DNA of 64,000 nt from Phycisphaeraceae bacterium (lineage in GTDB: Bacteria; Planctomycetota; Phycisphaerae; Phycisphaerales; UBA1924): positions 1,296 to 65,295 of the forward strand of contig REDD01000139.1 of the NCBI GenBank assembly GCA_007693725.1, written 5' to 3'. A program made the translations under genes and the position numbers. Shown here piece by piece: positions 7,139 through 16,890 of this stretch. The notes under the pieces are model-generated. The model did not search any database, was not told the origin of the DNA, and saw only the letters and a list, made by a program, of their open reading frames with translations. Position 1 is the stretch's first letter. Each line of letters starts with the position of its first letter.

Positions 7139-9391
7139 ATGTCCGCCGATGAGACAATCAGAACGCCGTCAAGGCCAATCATCGAGGAGTTCTCGCCCAT
7201 GCTGGGAGCCAGCCCGATCAACGACTTCGTTGGAGCCATCAACGATGTGCTCTTCAGCAACTATGTCGTGTATGTCCTGCTGGGGGTGGGCATTCTCTTC
7301 ACGATCTGGAGCGGCTTCGGCCAGTACCGAGCGCTCACCCACGGTGCAGCGGTGGTGCGAGGCAAGTACGACGACAAGAACGACCCCGGCGCGATCAACC
7401 ACTTCCAGGCCCTGTCGGCGGCTCTTTCCGCCACGGTCGGACTCGGCAACATCGCGGGCGTCGCCCTCGCCGTCGCCCTCGGCGGACCGGGCGCCATCCT
7501 CTGGATGTGGCTCATCGGCTTCCTCGGCATGTCGCTCAAGATGACGGAAGTCACCCAGTCCATGCTCTACCGGAACACGGACGATCCCGACAACCCGCAC
7601 GGCGGACCGATGTTCGTCGTCCAGAAGGGCTTCAAGAAGTTTGGTCTCGGAGGTCTTGGCGCATTCATCGGCGGTGTGTTCGTCATCACACTCATCACCT
7701 CCGCCATCACCGGCGGCAACATGTTCCAGGCGTGGAATGTCGCCGACATCACCAAGACCTACTTCGATGTGCCCCAGGTCGTCAGCGGCATCATCCTCAC
7801 CGTCGTGGTCGCGCTGGTCATCATCGGAGGCATCAAGCGCATCGGCGCAGTCGCGGGACGCATCGTACCCTTCATGTGCATCATCTACATGCTCGCGGCG
7901 GGGTATGTGCTCATCGTTCACTTCACGGACATCCCCGCGATGCTGCACCTGATCGTCGTTTCCGGCCTGCCCACCTGGCTCGGCGGCGCGAACGCCGAAC
8001 CGGCCGGGGCGTTCCTCGGCGGCACCTTCGGCTACGCCGCCATGTGGGGTGTGAAGCGGGCGCTCTTCTCCTCCGAAGCCGGGCAGGGTTCATCCCCCAT
8101 CGCACACTCCGCCGCGAAGACCGATGAGCCGGTCCGTGAAGGCGTGGTCGCCGGTCTGGAACCCTTCATCGACACCATCGTCGTCTGCACGCTGACAGCC
8201 CTCGTGATCCTCGCCAGCGGTGCATACAACCGCGGCGCGGAGGCGGACTTTGCGGATCCCACCGGCGTGAGCATCGTCTTTGCGAGCGATGAGGCCGCGG
8301 TGCTGGACGGCGTACCGGAGCCGAGCCGCACGGACGACGGCGCCTGGCAGCTCCCCCCCATTCCCGTCCCCGACCGCATCGCCCCCTCGAACGAATCCGA
8401 GGAGCGCACGGACGGGGGATGGAGAAGCCGAGATGCGGTCTTCCTCTACGCATCCTCCGTGAATGACAACGGCGAAGACGGAGTCGTTGTCTCGGGACGA
8501 GTCACACAGCGAAACAATGATCTCGTGATCGCGTTCGAGCCGTTCACGCTCGAAGCAGACTCCATCACCTTCGGGCAGAATCTCTACCACGGCACGATCC
8601 CCAGTTGGAAGATCGACACACCCGCGCTTCCACGCATGAACCCGGAAGCAAGGAGAATCCGCCAGACGCCCGAGGAGCGTTTGGGATGGCGATCCGGCGA
8701 AGTCGTTTTCATGGTGCTCGAAGGCGAACACCAGGCATCCACCGGAAGCAATCTGATCCGAGTCAGCGGCAGAGTGTCCGGGCAGACAGTCGATGACGGC
8801 ACCCGTTGGATCTCCGAGTGGAACACCGTGAACTCAAGGATTCGACCGAATTTCCGAGACAGGCCGGACGGCACGCTCGACCTCGGGATCTACGGCGATT
8901 ACGCGGGCGCATCACTGACAGCCCACGCCTTTGACCGCGTTGCGCCGGGACTCGGAAAGTGGCTTGTTACCATCGCCTGCTGGCTCTTCGCGATCTCAAC
9001 CATGATTTCCTGGTCGTACTACGGCGAGCAGGGTGTCTACTACCTCTGCGGCAGACTGAGTAAATCCGCCACCGAACGAGTCATCCTCATCTACAAGCTG
9101 ACATACTGCGCGCTCATCACACTCACGACCATCGCCGCCATGCCGATCATCGTGAACGAGTCCGGCCAGGGCAGGCCGCTCATCGGTACGGATGCAGAAC
9201 TGGACATGTGGACCACGCTCGGACTCGGCGTCATGCTCTGGGCGAACATTCCCATCATGCTCATCTTCGGCAGACAGGCCATGAAGGCGTACCACGATTA
9301 CATCCGCAGACTCAAGAGCGGTGAGATCGGCCGGACCGCCCACGAAGCACCGAAGATCACCGATGTCGTCGAGGGCAAGGATGTCGAGTAA
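7139..9391 (+). CDS. alanine/glycine:cation symporter (AGCS) family transporter with a large internal insert
   Basis: 'INHFQALSAALSATVGLGNIAGVALAVALGGPGAILWMW', 'SSEAGQGSSPIAHSAAKT' and 'FAISTMISWSYYGEQG' are AGCS hallmarks. It is 750 aa against the usual ~450-500, and the extra ~225 aa lie between residues ~362 and ~590. Confidence 0.85.
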   Translation: MSADETIRTPSRPIIEEFSPMLGASPINDFVGAINDVLFSNYVVYVLLGVGILFTIWSGFGQYRALTHGAAVVRGKYDDKNDPGAINHFQALSAALSATVGLGNIAGVALAVALGGPGAILWMWLIGFLGMSLKMTEVTQSMLYRNTDDPDNPHGGPMFVVQKGFKKFGLGGLGAFIGGVFVITLITSAITGGNMFQAWNVADITKTYFDVPQVVSGIILTVVVALVIIGGIKRIGAVAGRIVPFMCIIYMLAAGYVLIVHFTDIPAMLHLIVVSGLPTWLGGANAEPAGAFLGGTFGYAAMWGVKRALFSSEAGQGSSPIAHSAAKTDEPVREGVVAGLEPFIDTIVVCTLTALVILASGAYNRGAEADFADPTGVSIVFASDEAAVLDGVPEPSRTDDGAWQLPPIPVPDRIAPSNESEERTDGGWRSRDAVFLYASSVNDNGEDGVVVSGRVTQRNNDLVIAFEPFTLEADSITFGQNLYHGTIPSWKIDTPALPRMNPEARRIRQTPEERLGWRSGEVVFMVLEGEHQASTGSNLIRVSGRVSGQTVDDGTRWISEWNTVNSRIRPNFRDRPDGTLDLGIYGDYAGASLTAHAFDRVAPGLGKWLVTIACWLFAISTMISWSYYGEQGVYYLCGRLSKSATERVILIYKLTYCALITLTTIAAMPIIVNESGQGRPLIGTDAELDMWTTLGLGVMLWANIPIMLIFGRQAMKAYHDYIRRLKSGEIGRTAHEAPKITDVVEGKDVE

Positions 9392-9416
9392 CCATTACGC
9401 CCGCTGAACAAACGAA

Positions 9417-9453
9417 AGACCCACTCGCCGAATCCGCGGGTGGGTCTTTTTTT
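9417..9453 (+). terminator. rho-independent terminator after the symporter, possibly bidirectional with lpxB
   Basis: Stem AGACCCAC (9417-9424) pairs with GTGGGTCT (9440-9447), followed by T7 (9447-9453). It sits between convergent genes. Confidence 0.7.
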
Positions 9454-9502
9454 GTGCTGAGATTCTCTGTGCCGAGCAATGTCGGCGTGCGCCCGCTCGC
9501 GA

Positions 9503-10759
9503 CTACGCCGAGGCGTCCGCCCGTTCGGCATCGGACAACTTCGCCGTATCCGACCGCATCGCGTTGTCCGGCAGCGCCGGCCGATCCGCGAGACCGGCCA
9601 TCTCCTGGATCGCATCCGCCGCTTCGAGGGATGCCATCCGGCCGGAGAACTTCGCGGTGATCGATCGCAGGTTCAGCCGCTGCGCTTCCAGACGCTCCGG
9701 AGAGCCGATGAGCTCCCGGCACATCGTGGCCAGCCGCTCCTGACCCTTGAAGTACGGAATTAATTCCGGAATGATCTCCTGATTGGCGATTAGGTTCGGC
9801 AACGCGAAGTACTTGGTCGTGATCAATCGCCGGGCAATCAGCTTGTACATCAGCTCATTGACCTTGTAGACGATCACCATCGGCTTGGCCTGCTTCGCCA
9901 GTTGCAGCGTCACGGTCCCCGAAACCACCATCGCGAAGTCGCACCACCGCGCGACCAGATCCGTCTCGCCGACACGCACATCCAGCCCGTCCGGCCAACC
10001 CCCGGACCGATTCGCCCACTCGTACAACTGCTTGCGGACCGTCTCCGTCGTCGCGGCGACACACCCCACCATCTCCGGATACTCGCGACGCAACGCCTTG
10101 AATGCATTCAGCAGCAGCGGGAAATTCCGCCTCAGCTCCGCAGGACGCGAGCCCGGCAGCACTCCGATCCGCGGCGAGCCCTCCGTCAGCAGCTTCGCCC
10201 GCTCGCCCAGGCCGTCCATGTCCAGCGGCTCATCGAACAGCGGATGGCCAATGAACTTCGCCGGCACCCCCCGACGACCGAACCAGTCCTCCTCGAACGG
10301 GAACAGGCAGAGCACCAGGTCGGTCCGACGACGGAGCTTCTTCAGACGCCACTCGCCCCACGCCCAGAGCTGCGGGGCCACCAGATGCACCACCCGGATG
10401 CCGTGACGCTTCGTGATCTTGCAGATGGGGAAATTCGCCGCGGGTGAGTCCACCGGCACATGCACCCGCACCTCCGGATGCTCGCTCACCCACCGGGCGA
10501 TGTCCCGGTTCATCTTCTGGTGCTGCCGGATCTTGTCCCAGCCGGGGATCCCCACGACGGCATCGTGCCCCGTCTCCGCGATCACGGTGGCCCCCGCCCG
10601 CTGCATCTTCGGGCCGCCCCAGGCGTAGATCGGCACCGTCGGATGACGCCGACGAAGCTCCCGGATCACGACCGCCGCGTGATCGTCCCCGCTCGGCTCG
10701 AACGCCGTGAACAGGATCGCTGGTTCGGACGATGATGCTGCCACGCCTGCACTGAACAC
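9503..10759 (-). CDS. lpxB: lipid-A-disaccharide synthase
   Basis: 'ILFTAFEPSGDDHAAVVI', 'VDSPAANFPICK', 'VVHLVAPQLWAWGEWRLKKL' and 'FIGHPL' fit GT19 LpxB. The ORF extends to ATG 10861, but those upstream codons are A/T-rich and leave only 34 bp to aspS. I prefer GTG 10759 (or GTG 10744); the start is uncertain. Confidence 0.85.
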   Translation of the reverse strand: MFSAGVAASSSEPAILFTAFEPSGDDHAAVVIRELRRRHPTVPIYAWGGPKMQRAGATVIAETGHDAVVGIPGWDKIRQHQKMNRDIARWVSEHPEVRVHVPVDSPAANFPICKITKRHGIRVVHLVAPQLWAWGEWRLKKLRRRTDLVLCLFPFEEDWFGRRGVPAKFIGHPLFDEPLDMDGLGERAKLLTEGSPRIGVLPGSRPAELRRNFPLLLNAFKALRREYPEMVGCVAATTETVRKQLYEWANRSGGWPDGLDVRVGETDLVARWCDFAMVVSGTVTLQLAKQAKPMVIVYKVNELMYKLIARRLITTKYFALPNLIANQEIIPELIPYFKGQERLATMCRELIGSPERLEAQRLNLRSITAKFSGRMASLEAADAIQEMAGLADRPALPDNAMRSDTAKLSDAERADASA

Positions 10760-10895
10760 GGTCCAACCCCCATTGTCAATCAAAAAAGGCACGAGAACGA
10801 AATTCCTACGGGTATACTCACCCCCTTGAAGCCCGCGAGAACCGGCTTCCCGCCCAGCCACGATCGAGTCTCGATCCAGAAGGAATCAGGTCGTC

Positions 10896-12746
10896 ATGAC
10901 CCACGCCACCGCCGCAACATCCCACCAACGCACACACACCTGCGGCGAACTCCGCCCCGCCAATGTCGGAGACCGCGTCGTCCTCTGCGGCTGGGTCAAT
11001 TCCTACCGCGACCACGGCACCGGCCTCGTCTTCATCGACCTCCGCGACCGCTTCGGACTCACGCAGGCCGTCTTCGACCGTGAGGATGCCTCCGAAGACC
11101 TCCTCGCCTCCGCCGACAAGCTCCGCTCGGAGGATGTCATCAGCGTCGAGGGCACCGTCCGCATCCGCACCGGCGGCCCCAATCCCAAGCTCGCCACCGG
11201 CGAGGTCGAGGTCGTTGTCTCCACCCTCACCATCCTCAACAAAGCCGCCGTCCCCCCCTTCCAACCCGGCGACGCCTCATCCGTCCCCAACGAGGAACTC
11301 CGCCTCCGCCACCGCTACCTCGACCTGCGCCGCCCCGCGATGCAGCGCATCATTGGCATCCGCCACCGCGCTGCCAAAGCCGCCCGCGACTACCTCGACG
11401 CGGAGGGCTTCCTCGAAATCGAAACACCCGTCCTCTGCAAGAGCACGCCCGAGGGCGCCCGCGACTTCCTCGTCCCCAGCCGACTCAACCCCGGCTCGTG
11501 GTACGCCCTGCCCCAGAGCCCCCAGCTCTTCAAGCAGATCCTGATGATGTCCGGCTGCGACCGCTACATGCAGTTCTGCCACTGCTTCCGCGATGAAGAC
11601 CTCCGCGCCGACCGCCAGCCCGAGTTCACGCAGATCGACTGCGAGATGTCCTTCGTCACCCGCGAGGATGTCATCCAGTGCATGGAAGGACTCATCCGGC
11701 ACATCTGGAAAACCGTTGACAGCCACGAAATCCCGCCCTGCGACCGCATCACCTGGCGCGACGCGATGGACCGCTACGGCATCGACCGTCCGGACCGGCG
11801 CGTCGGTCTCGAACTCATCGACATCTCCGATCTCGCCGCGCAAACCGACTTCAAGGTCTTCGCCGATGCCCTCGCCAAGCGGCAGGGCGTCGTGAAGTGC
11901 ATCCGCGTCCCCGCCGGCGCGGAGAAGCTCACGCGCAAACTCACCGACGGCTACTCCGAGTGGATCAAGCAGTTCGGCGCGGGCGGCGTCCCCATCGCCA
12001 AGTACACCGGCAAGGGCGACACCGGCGGCTTCGAGACCGGCATCTCCCGCTTCATCGCCTCCATCGCGCCGCAACTCGTCGAGCGCACGGGACTCGAAGA
12101 AGGCGACGCACTCCTCTTCGGTTCCGACTCGTACCTCACCTGCTCCAAGGCGCTCGGACAACTGCGGCTCAAGGTCGCGGCGGACCTCAACCTCTACCCC
12201 GATCGCTCCGACCCCAACTTCTGGGATTTTCTCTGGGTGATCGACTTCCCCATGTTCGAGTACGACGAGGAGTCGCGCCGTTTCTACGCCATGCACCACC
12301 CCTTCACCGCCCCCCGCGTCGACTGGCTCGATCGCTTCCTCAGCGCGGACCTGAACGCCGCGAACGCCCGCGACCTCATCGAAGAGATCGTCTCGGCGGG
12401 CTACGACATGGTCTGCAACGGCTCCGAGATCGGCGGCGGATCCGTCCGTATCCACAACCCCGATGCCCAGCGCAAGGTCTTCGAACTCCTCGGCATCTCG
12501 CCCGACGAGGCCGAGGCCAAGTTCTCCTTCCTCCTCGATGCCCTCAAGTACGGAGCCCCTCCCCACGGTGGGATCGCCTTCGGACTCGACCGGGTGGTCA
12601 TGCTCCTCGCGGGTACCGACAACATCCGCGATGTCATCGCATTCCCCAAGACCCAGACCGGCGCCGACCTCATGAGCCAGGCGCCCGGCCCCGTCGATGA
12701 GGCCCAACTCAAGGATCTCTTCGTCAAGAGCACCTGGACCGGCTGA
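10896..12746 (+). CDS. aspS: aspartate--tRNA ligase (bacterial type)
   Basis: 'RTHTCGELR', 'GWVNSYRDHGTGLVFIDLRDRFGLTQ', 'LPQSPQLFKQILM', 'FRDEDLRADRQPEFTQID' and 'GGGSVRIH' are class IIb AspRS motifs. Confidence 0.95.
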   Translation: MTHATAATSHQRTHTCGELRPANVGDRVVLCGWVNSYRDHGTGLVFIDLRDRFGLTQAVFDREDASEDLLASADKLRSEDVISVEGTVRIRTGGPNPKLATGEVEVVVSTLTILNKAAVPPFQPGDASSVPNEELRLRHRYLDLRRPAMQRIIGIRHRAAKAARDYLDAEGFLEIETPVLCKSTPEGARDFLVPSRLNPGSWYALPQSPQLFKQILMMSGCDRYMQFCHCFRDEDLRADRQPEFTQIDCEMSFVTREDVIQCMEGLIRHIWKTVDSHEIPPCDRITWRDAMDRYGIDRPDRRVGLELIDISDLAAQTDFKVFADALAKRQGVVKCIRVPAGAEKLTRKLTDGYSEWIKQFGAGGVPIAKYTGKGDTGGFETGISRFIASIAPQLVERTGLEEGDALLFGSDSYLTCSKALGQLRLKVAADLNLYPDRSDPNFWDFLWVIDFPMFEYDEESRRFYAMHHPFTAPRVDWLDRFLSADLNAANARDLIEEIVSAGYDMVCNGSEIGGGSVRIHNPDAQRKVFELLGISPDEAEAKFSFLLDALKYGAPPHGGIAFGLDRVVMLLAGTDNIRDVIAFPKTQTGADLMSQAPGPVDEAQLKDLFVKSTWTG

Positions 12747-12803
12747 TCCTTCTGATCCCCCGGACCCCCCGACCATTCCCGCTTCCCACTACGCTGGAAA
12801 CGC

Positions 12804-15053
12804 ATGTGCGGCATCGCGGGCATCATCAGAGTCTCACCATCGCGCGAAAAGTACGCACCGATCCCCGATGAATGGATCGACATCCTCGATGCGCACATCG
12901 CATGGCGGGGCATCGACGGCGCAGGCAGATTCTTCGACTCCACCACACTCCCCGACGGCCGCATCGTCGAGGTCGTCCTCATCCATCGCCGCCTCAGCAT
13001 CATCGACCGCCACGGCGGGCACCAGCCCATGGCCGCCGCGAAAACCGACACACAACGATTCAACCTCATCCACCCCGCCATCACACTCCCGGACCACATC
13101 GCCGAACACCCCGACGGCATCGCCATCACCGATCTCCGCGAAGCCCACGAAGCCGACAACCGCGAACTCCTCGCCCTCATCTACAACGGCTGCATCTACA
13201 ACAACCAGACGCTCCGCGCAACGCTCGAAACCGCAGGAAGCACCTTTGAAACGCGCAGCAGCGACACGGAAACGATGCTCCGCTGCTTCCTGCACAGCCG
13301 TGAAGCCGCCGCACAGGCCCGCAATCAGCCGATCGCAGCGCCGTTCCTCCCGGATGCCGAAGGCATGTACGCGCTCGCGCTCTGGGACCGCTCGCTCGGC
13401 GCGGTCTCGATGTGGCGCGATCCCTTCGGAGAAAAACCGCTCTTCCGAATGCTCTCGAACGGCACGCTCGCCTTCGCCAGCACAAACGCCGCACTCCTCC
13501 AGCTCCACATTACGCAGCAGCCCGACCCGCGCCGCCGAACACGACTCCTCGACCGCAACGCCATGGAGCATTGGCTCCGCTTCGGATTCAACGCCGTCGA
13601 GACGCCATGCCCGGACATCGAGATCTCGCCGCCCGGAGTGGATGTCCTGCACCACAGCATGATCGCCGCCTCGGGACGCCGATCCCTGAAACCCATCCTC
13701 TTCTTCATCTTCCTCGCGCTCATCCCGATCAGTTGGATGATCTCCGCCATCTTCGCCATCATGGTCCTCACGGGGCTCGCGGGTCTGGTCTCCGGCATCT
13801 TCGCATGGCGTCACAAGTTCCGCCGCCCCCCCCTGCTCCAGCCCTCCGACCTCGCCGAACACCTCTCACGCGCGGTCGCGCAACGCCTCGAAGCCGATGA
13901 GCCCATCGCCTGCCTGCTCTCCGGCGGCATCGACTCCTCTCTCATCGCGTACCACACCAAACAGCACGCCGGAACCGTCACCACCATCTCCGTCCGCATG
14001 CCCGATGCCCGCTACGACGAATCCCACCACGCCGAGCGCGTCGCGGAGATCATCGGATCCGTGCACCACACCGTCGACATCGAGCCCGACCCCGCCGGCG
14101 ACCTCGTCCACCTGATCGAGTGCATGGGACTCCCCTTCGGCGACTCCTCCATCCTCCCGACCTACTGGGCCTGCCGCGCTGCATCCCTGCACGCCAAAGT
14201 CCTCCTCACCGGCGACGGCGCGGATGAACTCTTCTACGGCTACGACCGCTACCGAGCCGCCGATGCCATGCGCTTCCCCGCATCCCTCATCGCGCGACTC
14301 TTCCCCAGCCGCTGGCTCGGCCCCGCCTCCGACCCCACATCCGCCGCCACCCGGCGCAGACGATTCTTCGAGGCCATCAAGCACGCCGGCTACATCGACC
14401 TCGTCTCCGTCTTCCCCACCCCGCTCCTCAATCAACTCCTGCCGAAACGCAGCCGCTCCTTCCGACTCACCGAAGACTCCATGCCCGAGAAGGATGCCAA
14501 GCGCCCGAGATCCGCGGCCCAGGCCCGGTTCTGGGATCTCAACAACTACCTCCCCGCCGACATCCTCATGAAGATCGACACCGCCTCGCTCGCCGCGGGC
14601 ATCGAAGCGCGCTGCCCATTCCTCGATACCGAGCTCGCCCAAGCCGCGATCAAGACGCCCGGACGCATCCACATGCGCCACGGACAGCGGAAGCACCTGC
14701 TCCGTTCCCTCGCGCGCGAATTCCTCCCCGATGATCTCGTCGACCGGCCCAAGCAGGGCTTCGCCATCCCCATCGGCGAATGGTTCCGCTCGGACTACGG
14801 ATCCATGCGCACGCTGCTCATGGATCTCGTCGGCACGCCCGCCGCGCAGAAGCATGGCCGACCCTTCGGACGCGTCCACGACACCCTCACCATCAGCAAT
14901 CAATTCGTCACTCGCCTCATCGACGAGCACTTCGCCGCGGGCGACCTCCCCGCCCCCAGCGGTGCAACCCGCATCAAACCCCGCGATCACTCGCAGCGGC
15001 TCTTCCTGCTCTGCTCGCTCGCCATCTGGGCACGCACGCTCGAGCAGGGATGA
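12804..15053 (+). CDS. asparagine synthase (glutamine-hydrolysing) family protein with an inserted hydrophobic hairpin
   Basis: It has an N-terminal 'MCGIAG' Ntn glutaminase start. The synthetase domain shows 'IACLLSGGIDSSLIA' (PP-loop) and 'LLTGDGADELFYGYDRY'. Residues ~296-335 are about 40 consecutive hydrophobic residues. Confidence 0.85.
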   Translation: MCGIAGIIRVSPSREKYAPIPDEWIDILDAHIAWRGIDGAGRFFDSTTLPDGRIVEVVLIHRRLSIIDRHGGHQPMAAAKTDTQRFNLIHPAITLPDHIAEHPDGIAITDLREAHEADNRELLALIYNGCIYNNQTLRATLETAGSTFETRSSDTETMLRCFLHSREAAAQARNQPIAAPFLPDAEGMYALALWDRSLGAVSMWRDPFGEKPLFRMLSNGTLAFASTNAALLQLHITQQPDPRRRTRLLDRNAMEHWLRFGFNAVETPCPDIEISPPGVDVLHHSMIAASGRRSLKPILFFIFLALIPISWMISAIFAIMVLTGLAGLVSGIFAWRHKFRRPPLLQPSDLAEHLSRAVAQRLEADEPIACLLSGGIDSSLIAYHTKQHAGTVTTISVRMPDARYDESHHAERVAEIIGSVHHTVDIEPDPAGDLVHLIECMGLPFGDSSILPTYWACRAASLHAKVLLTGDGADELFYGYDRYRAADAMRFPASLIARLFPSRWLGPASDPTSAATRRRRFFEAIKHAGYIDLVSVFPTPLLNQLLPKRSRSFRLTEDSMPEKDAKRPRSAAQARFWDLNNYLPADILMKIDTASLAAGIEARCPFLDTELAQAAIKTPGRIHMRHGQRKHLLRSLAREFLPDDLVDRPKQGFAIPIGEWFRSDYGSMRTLLMDLVGTPAAQKHGRPFGRVHDTLTISNQFVTRLIDEHFAAGDLPAPSGATRIKPRDHSQRLFLLCSLAIWARTLEQG

Positions 15054-15058
15054 CTCAT

Positions 15059-15445
15059 TCACGGCGAGCCGCGCAGGTATACACAGCGAGGCGCAAGAAT
15101 CACTGCCGTCCAGATCACCAGATAAATGCAGGCGATCCATTGCGCTTTTCCCGCCATGTCATATGAAGCCCTGGTCGCTCTGCCCTCGATGTACTCGCGC
15201 CTGGCGACAGCGCTCCAATAGAGTCCGAACACAGCAGGCACGACACCGATGCAGAGCAGCGGAATACTCGAAAGCGAGAGCCACAGAGCGCTCTTCGCGG
15301 CTTTGCTCACCCGGATTTCATGCAAGGCGATGCTTTTGCGAATCAGAAGACCGCACTCCGGGCAGACCCCATCCACCTTCAGACCATTCAGGTCGTACCC
15401 ACACTCCGCACACCGCGGCAGGCGTTGTCTGGGTACCGATCCCAT
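15059..15445 (-). CDS. small zinc-ribbon membrane protein (hypothetical)
   Basis: 'CAECGYDLNGLKVDGVCPECG' is a CxxC..CxxC ribbon, followed by two hydrophobic helices. ATG 15445 lies 11 bp after the stop of the upstream gene. The longer ORF to 15562 would overlap that gene. Confidence 0.6.
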   Translation of the reverse strand: MGSVPRQRLPRCAECGYDLNGLKVDGVCPECGLLIRKSIALHEIRVSKAAKSALWLSLSSIPLLCIGVVPAVFGLYWSAVARREYIEGRATRASYDMAGKAQWIACIYLVIWTAVILAPRCVYLRGSP

Positions 15446-15456
15446 CCTGCTCGCTC

Positions 15457-16851
15457 CTAATCGATCGCCGGCTTCTCCGGCGCCGGCTCGCTGTCCGGAG
15501 CCAGCCGCGTCATGATCCGCGCGCCCACGGCATCGCCCCAGACATTCACCGTGGTACGGCACATATCCAGGATCCGGTCGATGCCCAGGATGATCGCGAT
15601 CGACTCCGGCGGCAGCCGCGGGATCGCCTCCGTCGCGCTCGCGATCGAGTTATTCACCGCCGTGATGATGATCATCATCGTCACGAGCCCCGCCGATGGA
15701 ATCGCCGCCGTCCCCACCGCCGCCAGCGTCGCCGTGATCAGAATCACAAGCTGCTGCGTGATCGTGAGATCGATCCCGTACATCGTGAACAGAAACACCA
15801 CCGCGATCGCCTGATACAGCGCGGTCCCGTCCATGTTCACCGTCGCGCCCAGCGGCAGGACGAAGTTCGCCGCACGCTTCGAGCATCCGCCGCTGACCTT
15901 CGCCTCCTCGATCGTGATCGGCAGCGTCGCCGCGCTCGACGCCGTGCTGAACGCCGTCACCAGCGGCTTGCGCATCGCCCACAGATACCCGAAGGGATTC
16001 ACACGCGCAAAGATCCACAGCACCAAGGGCAGCGAGATCAGCGCGTGCAACAACAGCCCCAGCACGACCGTTCCGAAGTACACCCCCACCGGCCCCGCCA
16101 GCCGACTCAACCCCGCCTGCCCCACACGAGCCGAAACGAGCAGAAACACCCCCAGCGGCGCAAGCCAGATGATCCAGGTCACGAGCTTGATCATCGCCGC
16201 GAACACCGCATCGAAAACCACGATCGCCGGTCGCCCCTGCTCACCGATCATCACCAGCGCCAGCCCCGTCAGAATCGCGAACACCACGATCCCCAGCGTG
16301 TTCCCCTCCACCGCCGCCGCCGCCGCGTTCGTCGGGATCATCTGCTCCATCAGATTCACGAACGCCCCGCCGAGCCCGCCTTCCGTCCCCGCCTCGATGT
16401 TCGCGCGCGCGGCCTCGAACTGCTCCTGACCCACATTCACGAACTGCGACGGATCCTCCACCCCCGTCCCCGGACGGATCGTGTTCACGAGAATCAGCCC
16501 GAGCCCCACCGCCAGCAGCATCGTCGTCATGTAGAACAGCAGCGTCGCCCCGCCCACAAGCCCCAGCCGCTCCGGATCGCCGATCGCCGTCACCCCCACC
16601 ACCACACTGACAAAGACCAGCGGAATGATGATCAGCCGCAGCGGCCGGATGAAGATCAGGTCCCCCGCCCTCTCCCACGCGCCCGTCGTCTGCGCCAGTG
16701 CCTCGCGCGTCGCCCCCGGATCGAAAAGGATGAACTCCCCCACCAACACCCCGGCGATCAGCGCCCCGAAGATCAGAATCGTCAGCAGGTGACGCCGGAA
16801 CACGCTCCCGCCCGATTCATCCTTCCCCTTCGCCCGACGGGACTTGCTCAT
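15457..16851 (-). CDS. dicarboxylate/amino acid:cation symporter (DAACS/GltP family)
   Basis: 'LPLGATVNMDGTALYQAIAVVFL', 'AAIPSAGLVTMMIIITAV', 'ILDMCRTTVNVWGDAVGA' and multiple TM segments. Confidence 0.9.
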   Translation of the reverse strand: MSKSRRAKGKDESGGSVFRRHLLTILIFGALIAGVLVGEFILFDPGATREALAQTTGAWERAGDLIFIRPLRLIIIPLVFVSVVVGVTAIGDPERLGLVGGATLLFYMTTMLLAVGLGLILVNTIRPGTGVEDPSQFVNVGQEQFEAARANIEAGTEGGLGGAFVNLMEQMIPTNAAAAAVEGNTLGIVVFAILTGLALVMIGEQGRPAIVVFDAVFAAMIKLVTWIIWLAPLGVFLLVSARVGQAGLSRLAGPVGVYFGTVVLGLLLHALISLPLVLWIFARVNPFGYLWAMRKPLVTAFSTASSAATLPITIEEAKVSGGCSKRAANFVLPLGATVNMDGTALYQAIAVVFLFTMYGIDLTITQQLVILITATLAAVGTAAIPSAGLVTMMIIITAVNNSIASATEAIPRLPPESIAIILGIDRILDMCRTTVNVWGDAVGARIMTRLAPDSEPAPEKPAID

Positions 16852-16890
16852 CGCAGATCATCCCCTCCGCTGTTCCCGACTCCGTCACAC

